32,000 nt of DNA from Candidatus Nanopusillus sp. GTDB lineage: Archaea; Nanobdellota; Nanobdellia; Nanobdellales; Nanobdellaceae. Location of the stretch: contig JAWDOO010000004.1 of the NCBI GenBank assembly GCA_046533775.1, positions 15,822-47,821 of the forward strand. The letters run 5' to 3'. A program made the position numbers and the translations under genes. The notes under the pieces are model-generated. The model did no database searches. It saw only the letters and a program-made list of their open reading frames with translations, and was not told the origin of the DNA. Below, one piece after another: positions 27,721 to 32,000 of this stretch; position 1 is the stretch's first letter, and every line of letters begins with the position of its first letter.

Positions 27721-28128
27721 ATGAAATATGTGATCGATGCTTCTGCTCTAATAAATATTGTTTTGAAGTTCTATAAAAAAGATCTAAATTTTATAAATAG
27801 ATTGATTGAAGAAAGTATTTTTCCAGATTTAATATTTTATGAAGTTGGAAGCTATTTAAGAAAGTATAAGGAAATAAAGAAAGTTTCCAATAATGAAATA
27901 AGAGAAATGACGGAATTATTTAATTATATAATCAGAAAAGCAAAAATAGAGGAGGTAAGATTAAATTATGAAATTCTAGATTTATCAATAAAAGAAAATT
28001 TATCTTATTATGATTCTGTATATTTATATTTAGCTGGGAAATATAATTTAATTTTAATTAGTGATGATAAAGATTTAATTAAAGAAGGAGCTATAAGTTC
28101 TGATAATCTTCTAAGAAATTTTAAGTAA
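27721..28128 (+). CDS. vapC: PIN-domain toxin (VapC family)
   Basis: PIN acidic residues are in context (YVIDASALI, FYEVGSYL, YYDSVYLYLA, LISDDKDL). The protein is 135 aa. Confidence 0.8.
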   Translation: MKYVIDASALINIVLKFYKKDLNFINRLIEESIFPDLIFYEVGSYLRKYKEIKKVSNNEIREMTELFNYIIRKAKIEEVRLNYEILDLSIKENLSYYDSVYLYLAGKYNLILISDDKDLIKEGAISSDNLLRNFK

Positions 28129-28224
28129 TCTAAGAGCTTTTATTACTTAATTAATTTTTGAAGGTATTGAAGCTTAGAAAGACATTTGAATGTGACGATC
28201 TATAATCTAGATTTAAATTAAATT

Positions 28225-28308
28225 CGCCGCGGGTGGGATTTGAACCCACGCCCCCTTTCGGGGATATGGTCTCCAGCCATACCCCTTGGTCCACTCGGGC
28301 ACCGCGGC
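28225..28308 (-). tRNA. tRNA-Ser (anticodon GGA), class II with a long variable arm, no encoded CCA
   Basis: I folded it manually. The acceptor stem is GCCGCGG/CCGCGGC and the D arm is CCC..GGG. The anticodon stem UAUGG/CCAUA carries loop CUGGAGA. The variable arm is CCCC-GAAA-GGGG and the T arm is GUGGG-UUCAAAU-CCCAC. The discriminator is G. Confidence 0.95.
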
Positions 28309-28313
28309 ATAAG

Positions 28314-28372
28314 TGTTCCCCGCCCATCGTTACCAATACTCATTTTTTCATATTGGTTCGTCTAAGCGGGGA
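28314..28372 (-). ncRNA. Candidate single-hairpin H/ACA box guide sRNA (K-loop type), 5 nt upstream of tRNA-Ser
   Basis: The minus strand reads 5'-UCCCCGC UUAGACGA ACCAAUA UGAAAAAAUGAG UAUUGGU AACGAUGG GCGGGGA ACA-3'. This gives a 7-bp lower stem, an 8+8 internal loop (pocket) and a 7-bp upper stem. The apical loop is closed by potential sheared G.A/A.G pairs (5' UGA...GAG 3'), i.e. a K-loop. ACA follows the lower stem directly, 15 nt from the upper-stem base. The G+C-rich stems are conspicuous in this A+T-rich DNA. Confidence 0.55.
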
Positions 28373-28391
28373 TACATATTTAATATAATTT

Positions 28392-28399
28392 AATATAAA
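28392..28399 (-). promoter_or_regulatory. TATA-like box (TTTATATT on the minus strand) ~20-27 nt upstream of the hairpin 5' end
   Basis: The spacing suits a transcript starting at about the first nucleotide of the hairpin. The signal is weak because the background is A+T-rich. The same 36-bp spacer also precedes the divergent NurA-like gene. Confidence 0.3.
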
Positions 28400-28408
28400 A
28401 ATATTTTT

Positions 28409-29341
28409 ATGTTAACAAAAAATTTATTAGAAAAAATAAGTCAAAAAATAAATCAAATAAAAAAAGATGAAGAAAATAATAATGAAGAAAAAATTAATAT
28501 TGAAAAATTGAATTTAGATAATATTGAAGTAAAAGAAAAGAAAAAATATGGATTTATAGATTCTTCTCATGTAAATGGAATTGTTGGACCTTATAGTTAT
28601 ATATATTCAAGGGCAGTAATTGTTTCTGATGATATATATGAAAGTATAGAGGATATAGAATTTTTTGAAACATCTTTTATAAGATCAATGAATAATGAAA
28701 ATTTTGATATCCAAGATATTTCAGAATTATTATCAAAAAATTTAGAATATAAATTGGCAAGAAAATATTCTGATAGATATATATTTATAGATGGATCAAT
28801 AATATCAGATTCTATATTATATTCAAAATTTTTAGATAATTTTTATAATGAAAATATTGAAAATAGAAGGAAAGAATTTTTAGAAAATTTCGAATATTTA
28901 ATAAATAATGGGAATTTACTAGCAGTTGCAAAAAGAATATTAAATTTAGATATAATAAAGCCAGGTAGATCTGATTTATTAACATTGATGAAAATTTTTC
29001 CATCAGAAATATTTTATACAGATATTAATGAAAAACAATTAAAAGAATTTTTAAGTTCAAAAATTCCAAACTGTTCATTTTGTAACAAAAAAATATATAT
29101 AATATATTTTAGAGCGAGATATAATGATCATATATATAGATTAGAAGGAATGGAAAAGGTTGAAAAAGAAAAGTTTAAAGAAATAATAAAAGAGGTTATT
29201 TATGATCAAAAAGCATATCCAAGAGGATTAAAAATGGCCCATAATTTATGTAAAATAACAAATAAAGAAAAACTATTGTTAGAAAGTTATATTAAAAAAA
29301 TTTTGGGATTTGAAAAAACTGTTGGTTGGGAAACTCATTAG
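28409..29341 (+). CDS. nurA: NurA-like 5'-3' nuclease (RNase H-like fold)
   Basis: Candidate catalytic positions follow NurA order: GFIDSS (Asp), NLEYKLA (Glu), IFIDGSI (Asp), and the C-terminal YPRGLKMAHNLCKI (His). The protein is 310 aa. Confidence 0.55.
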   Translation: MLTKNLLEKISQKINQIKKDEENNNEEKINIEKLNLDNIEVKEKKKYGFIDSSHVNGIVGPYSYIYSRAVIVSDDIYESIEDIEFFETSFIRSMNNENFDIQDISELLSKNLEYKLARKYSDRYIFIDGSIISDSILYSKFLDNFYNENIENRRKEFLENFEYLINNGNLLAVAKRILNLDIIKPGRSDLLTLMKIFPSEIFYTDINEKQLKEFLSSKIPNCSFCNKKIYIIYFRARYNDHIYRLEGMEKVEKEKFKEIIKEVIYDQKAYPRGLKMAHNLCKITNKEKLLLESYIKKILGFEKTVGWETH

Positions 29342-29414
29342 GGTCCGGGGCGGGATTTGAACCCGCGATCTTCGGGTCCACAGCCCGACGCCTTACCACT
29401 AGGCTACCCGGACC
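29342..29414 (-). tRNA. tRNA-His (anticodon GUG) with genome-encoded G-1, no encoded CCA
   Basis: I folded it manually. G-1 precedes the acceptor stem GUCCGGG/CCCGGAC and the D arm is GCCU-AGUGGUA-AGGC. The anticodon stem UCGGG/CCCGA carries loop CUGUGGA. The T arm is GCGGG-UUCAAAU-CCCGC. The discriminator C73 lies opposite G-1. Confidence 0.95.
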
Positions 29415-29431
29415 ATAAGAAATTATTATTC

Positions 29432-29443
29432 ATTTATATTTTT
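29432..29443 (-). promoter_or_regulatory. TATA-like element (AAAAATATAAAT on the minus strand) 18-29 nt upstream of tRNA-His G-1
   Basis: The position fits transcription starting at or very near G-1. It overlaps the stop codon of the upstream pilin-like gene. Specificity is low in an A+T-rich context. Confidence 0.3.
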
Positions 29444-31055
29444 AACCAATATAAATTGAAGGCATTACACCATTTGGAGGATATGCTCTAGCAACTACCC
29501 ATTGGATATATTGATATGAAGCAGTTCCACCAGTTCCTGCACTTATTTCTAATGTTGGATATTGATAAGGATTATAATTTAAATTAGAATATGTATATTC
29601 ATTATTATTTATATTATATGTATCTAATAATGTTAATGGAGCCCATACCTGATTAGAATTATAGTAATAATATCCTGTTTGTGCATAAGATGAATTGACT
29701 ATTAAATATGAATAAAATGTTCCACCAGATGTTGGGAAAGATGTTTGATTTAAATATTGGTCTGTTACTGCAGATTTTAACATAGTTGCTTGAGAATTTG
29801 GAGGCGAATTACCGGGCCAATATTCAGACTGTACATATGTGGATAGATTAGATGAGGGTGTAGAACCACCATCAGTAGATCCAACACTACCTGCATAAAT
29901 TTGTTGACTTGTATTTCCAAATAATGCTATTACATTTGCATCTGCATTTGGGCTTCCTCCTCCATAATACCAAGCTTCTTCAACAATTAGAGGTATTTCA
30001 AATATATTCCAATTATTTGGAGGTAAAATATATGTACCTTCCCAGGTTTGATTATTTAACATTTCAATACCATATGAAGTTGCCTGGGGTACATAATTAG
30101 TCTGTGCTGTAGAAGAGGACATATATCCATTCCATCCATCAAATGTATTATTAAAATATCCATATGCTATAAATGTATAATTTCCATTATCATATTGCAT
30201 AGTTCCTATAACTTGCTCATTAGTTCCTACATATGGATAATATTGTGAATAATAATTAGCACTATTAGGTCCTACATACATATATATTGTTATCTCTGAA
30301 CTAGCATTAATTCCTTGAGATATATTTATCCACCATACATCACATGTTACTCCATTATAATTTAATTGACCTTCATACCATGAATATATGTTTGGATTAC
30401 TGTTATTAGTTGTAGTAAAGTATATATTTTGACCATTTGGATTTATACACATAAATAATGTTGCATCATTTATATATGCAAAATTTGGACCTATATTTAT
30501 ATTCCCATTACATATTGCTATATCTTGTTGAAATGGGGATGGGGTAGGAATAGATTGAGCATTATATATTATTAAAGGTAAATATGATAATTGACATGGA
30601 GGTTGAAAATAATTAATTAATGTATTTGAAACATATTTTATGTCAAATATTCCAATTATATCATTCTCTAATCCGACTTCTAATTCATAATTTCCATTTT
30701 GATCTGGAGGAATTTGAGATAAATTTGCAACAATAATTAATAAACCATTATTATATGGATTTACAATTGATCCATTTGGATTATAAGGATAAACATTAAC
30801 TAATCTATTATTTAAAATTGCGAATACTTGATAATAATTAACAGGTTCTGAAGGTTTTACATATGCATATAATGTATTATTTACTATATAATAATCTAAT
30901 AATTGAAAATTTAATTTTAAAGATCTTGAAATTTCCTGTCCAGATGGATTTATTATATTTAAATTTGGATAAATTATATTGTATATTATTACAGTAGCAA
31001 GAGCCCCTACTATTAATAATATTAATGCTATAATAATTTCAGATTGTAATCTCAT
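29442..31055 (-). CDS. Large surface protein: pilin-like N-terminal hydrophobic helix + DUF2341-like (ConA-like lectin/glucanase) domain
   Basis: The N-terminus is MRLQSEIIIALILLIVGALATVIIY. The block NIYFTT...IYSWYEG......CDVWWINIS.......ITIYMYVG resembles DUF2341. I count only about 4 Lys in 537 aa and at least a dozen N-x-S/T sequons. The protein is N/Y/S/T/G/Q/P-rich. Confidence 0.6.
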   Translation of the reverse strand: MRLQSEIIIALILLIVGALATVIIYNIIYPNLNIINPSGQEISRSLKLNFQLLDYYIVNNTLYAYVKPSEPVNYYQVFAILNNRLVNVYPYNPNGSIVNPYNNGLLIIVANLSQIPPDQNGNYELEVGLENDIIGIFDIKYVSNTLINYFQPPCQLSYLPLIIYNAQSIPTPSPFQQDIAICNGNINIGPNFAYINDATLFMCINPNGQNIYFTTTNNSNPNIYSWYEGQLNYNGVTCDVWWINISQGINASSEITIYMYVGPNSANYYSQYYPYVGTNEQVIGTMQYDNGNYTFIAYGYFNNTFDGWNGYMSSSTAQTNYVPQATSYGIEMLNNQTWEGTYILPPNNWNIFEIPLIVEEAWYYGGGSPNADANVIALFGNTSQQIYAGSVGSTDGGSTPSSNLSTYVQSEYWPGNSPPNSQATMLKSAVTDQYLNQTSFPTSGGTFYSYLIVNSSYAQTGYYYYNSNQVWAPLTLLDTYNINNNEYTYSNLNYNPYQYPTLEISAGTGGTASYQYIQWVVARAYPPNGVMPSIYIG

Positions 31056-31065
31056 ATTATATTAA

Positions 31066-31524
31066 TCAATTAGTATATATTAAAGTTTGAAACTTAACCC
31101 CATAACATGATACCAATATTATATAATTCCATGAATTATTTACTAAATAATTATTATTAAAATATATTGTTGCATTTTCTCCTGGTAATAATAGATTTGA
31201 TGAATATAAATAATTTATAGAATAATTGAATGAAGAAAAATAACCATTAACATATAATTGAAAACATGATAAATCTAATGCCTTATTTCCATTATTATAT
31301 ATAATTAAATAAGGATTTGAATAGCTTGTTTGATTATTTAAAAATTCTATACTTTCTCCAACAATATTTTCTATTTGATTATCTATTGAATTTGCTGTAT
31401 AATAAAAATTTTTATAATAATTATTTAAAATTAAATATAAAACAGATGATGAAATAATAAAAATAACAAATCCGATAATTGCTCCAATAATAGATCCTAA
31501 ATCTGATCTCATTCTATTGTACAT
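31066..31524 (-). CDS. Archaellum/pilus accessory protein, ArlF/ArlG (FlaF/FlaG)-like
   Basis: A short charged N-terminus and hydrophobic helix (RSDLGSIIGAIIGFVIFII) precede a beta-rich domain with the FlaF/G-like pattern LIIYNNGNKALDLSCFQLYVNGY and LLPGENATIYF. Lys is nearly absent. Confidence 0.55.
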   Translation of the reverse strand: MYNRMRSDLGSIIGAIIGFVIFIISSSVLYLILNNYYKNFYYTANSIDNQIENIVGESIEFLNNQTSYSNPYLIIYNNGNKALDLSCFQLYVNGYFSSFNYSINYLYSSNLLLPGENATIYFNNNYLVNNSWNYIILVSCYGVKFQTLIYTN

Positions 31525-31988
31525 GTACTTGCTGTTGTATTAATATATATTGTATCCTGTGTATATGCTCCAGTAGATGCTACAATTCTTACTTGATAAA
31601 AGTTTGTTGTTACAGAAATATTTGCAACAATTGCAATTGTATCATAAGGACCCCATACAGAGGTACCAGTATAACTATTTGCAATATATATTTGTACATT
31701 ATTTATCAATTCTCCATTGATAAATAATAATGTTAAATTTTGATTTAGTACAACATTTCCTCTATTTGTTACATAGAAATATAATAAATTTGTAGTACTA
31801 TTATATGCACAAGAATCTAATGTAATATAAGTATTTAATTGATTTTCTAATGATTGGGAATTTGCAATTGCAGCATTACTTATTCCATTTAAATTATTAT
31901 ATGCAGTAGAAACAAATATATAAGCAGCAATACCGGCAACTATAAATAATATAATTTCTACAAGAATTGTTCCAAATTGAGTTTTCAT
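31509..31988 (-). CDS. Archaellum/pilus accessory or pilin-like protein, ArlG/ArlF (FlaG/FlaF)-like
   Basis: The N-terminus MKTQFG/TILVEIILFIVAG looks like a class III signal, with Glu at +5 after Gly. The pattern FYVTNRGNVVLNQNLTLLFINGELI follows. The protein has a single Lys and several sequons, and it overlaps the next gene by 16 nt. Confidence 0.55.
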   Translation of the reverse strand: MKTQFGTILVEIILFIVAGIAAYIFVSTAYNNLNGISNAAIANSQSLENQLNTYITLDSCAYNSTTNLLYFYVTNRGNVVLNQNLTLLFINGELINNVQIYIANSYTGTSVWGPYDTIAIVANISVTTNFYQVRIVASTGAYTQDTIYINTTASTCTIE

Positions 31989-32000
31989 TAAGAATTATGA

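Noticed and set aside
28061-28103. A perfect C box (GUGAUGA, 28061-28067) and a CUGA (28100-28103) on the plus strand.
   Set aside because: Both lie inside the vapC coding frame (ISDDKD...SSDN). They are only 32 nt apart with no C'/D' boxes and no terminal stem. Many other UGAUGA matches in the window are likewise just Asp/Met codons in coding sequence.
28151-28336. A 61-aa ORF on the minus strand.
   Set aside because: It is simply the tRNA-Ser gene and part of the upstream hairpin read as protein. The G+C-rich region is fully explained by RNA structure.
28317-28372. The hairpin upstream of tRNA-Ser interpreted as a C/D box sRNA, a split-tRNA leader or a transcription terminator.
   Set aside because: The C-like (UAGACGA) and D-like elements are poor and in the wrong order, and the would-be guide regions pair with each other. 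tRNA-Ser is complete, so no trans-splicing leader is needed. No T-tract follows on either strand. The H/ACA geometry fits much better.
750-30100. ORF-track entries lying antisense to, or out of frame within, well-supported genes. They are 750-959, 975-1202, 2616-2915, 2990-3217, 3734-3916, 4429-4728, 4911-5093, 12405-12695, 14990-15262, 18167-18364, 18530-18769, 19795-20025, 22525-22707, 22726-22923, 25944-26147, 26190-26387, 28812-29003 and 29909-30100.
   Set aside because: All are embedded in genes with strong family signatures. Their translations are F/L/I/Y/S-rich low-complexity strings of the kind produced by reading K/E/N-rich A+T codons on the opposite strand. None has a recognisable motif.
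1-32000. A search for CRISPR arrays, IS elements, transposases, integrases, rRNA genes, inteins, and in-frame stop read-through or recoding.
   Set aside because: I saw no regularly spaced direct repeats, no DDE, serine or tyrosine recombinase motifs, no further G+C-rich RNA islands beyond the two tRNAs and the hairpin, and no interrupted reading frames.

Overview
This window is very A+T-rich (roughly three-quarters by eye) and very gene-dense, and it is clearly archaeal. Hallmark genes are TBP, proteasome beta, aCPSF1/FttA, Orc1/Cdc6, PolD small subunit, Rpo11/RpoL, ABCE1 and ribosomal proteins uS14, uS8 and uL18. I count about 33 credible protein genes, 2 tRNAs and 1 candidate guide RNA. Many neighbouring genes overlap at stop/start (TAATG, ATGA), and most spacers are under 100 bp. 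The scrambled ribosomal-protein cluster, a truncated NFACT gene, two VapBC modules and pilin/archaellum-accessory-like genes suggest a reduced-genome DPANN/Nanoarchaeota-type symbiont. That placement is inference, because I could run no database search and all family calls rest on motifs read from the translations. The points most worth a second look are listed here.
1. A G+C-rich hairpin lies 5 nt upstream of tRNA-Ser. It has the full architecture of an archaeal H/ACA pseudouridylation guide: lower stem, 8+8 pocket, upper stem, K-loop and an ACA 15 nt from the upper stem. It would form a dicistronic sRNA-tRNA precursor.
2. tRNA-His looks leaderless, while tRNA-Ser would carry a structured leader.
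3. Three lysine-poor, sequon-rich pilin/ArlF/ArlG-like surface proteins form a cluster, including a 537-aa DUF2341-like protein that could be an attachment apparatus.
4. An ABC exporter is fused to extra soluble domains at both ends, with a DUF1854-like C-terminus. It sits in a tRNA-bracketed accessory stretch with a DUF4143 AAA+ ATPase, VapBC and an orphan NurA-like nuclease.
5. A candidate replication origin lies upstream of an orc1-DP1-rpoL-PIN/ATPase/KH-ABCE1 operon.
6. A 481-bp gap contains a perfect 27-bp inverted repeat built from BRE/TATA-like sequence.
7. Several genes have unusual architectures: a permease-methyltransferase fusion, uS14 with a ~70-aa N-terminal extension, a half-length NFACT/RqcH, and a mini GH-A glycosidase coupled to topoisomerase IA.
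I saw no CRISPR array, transposase, integrase or rRNA.
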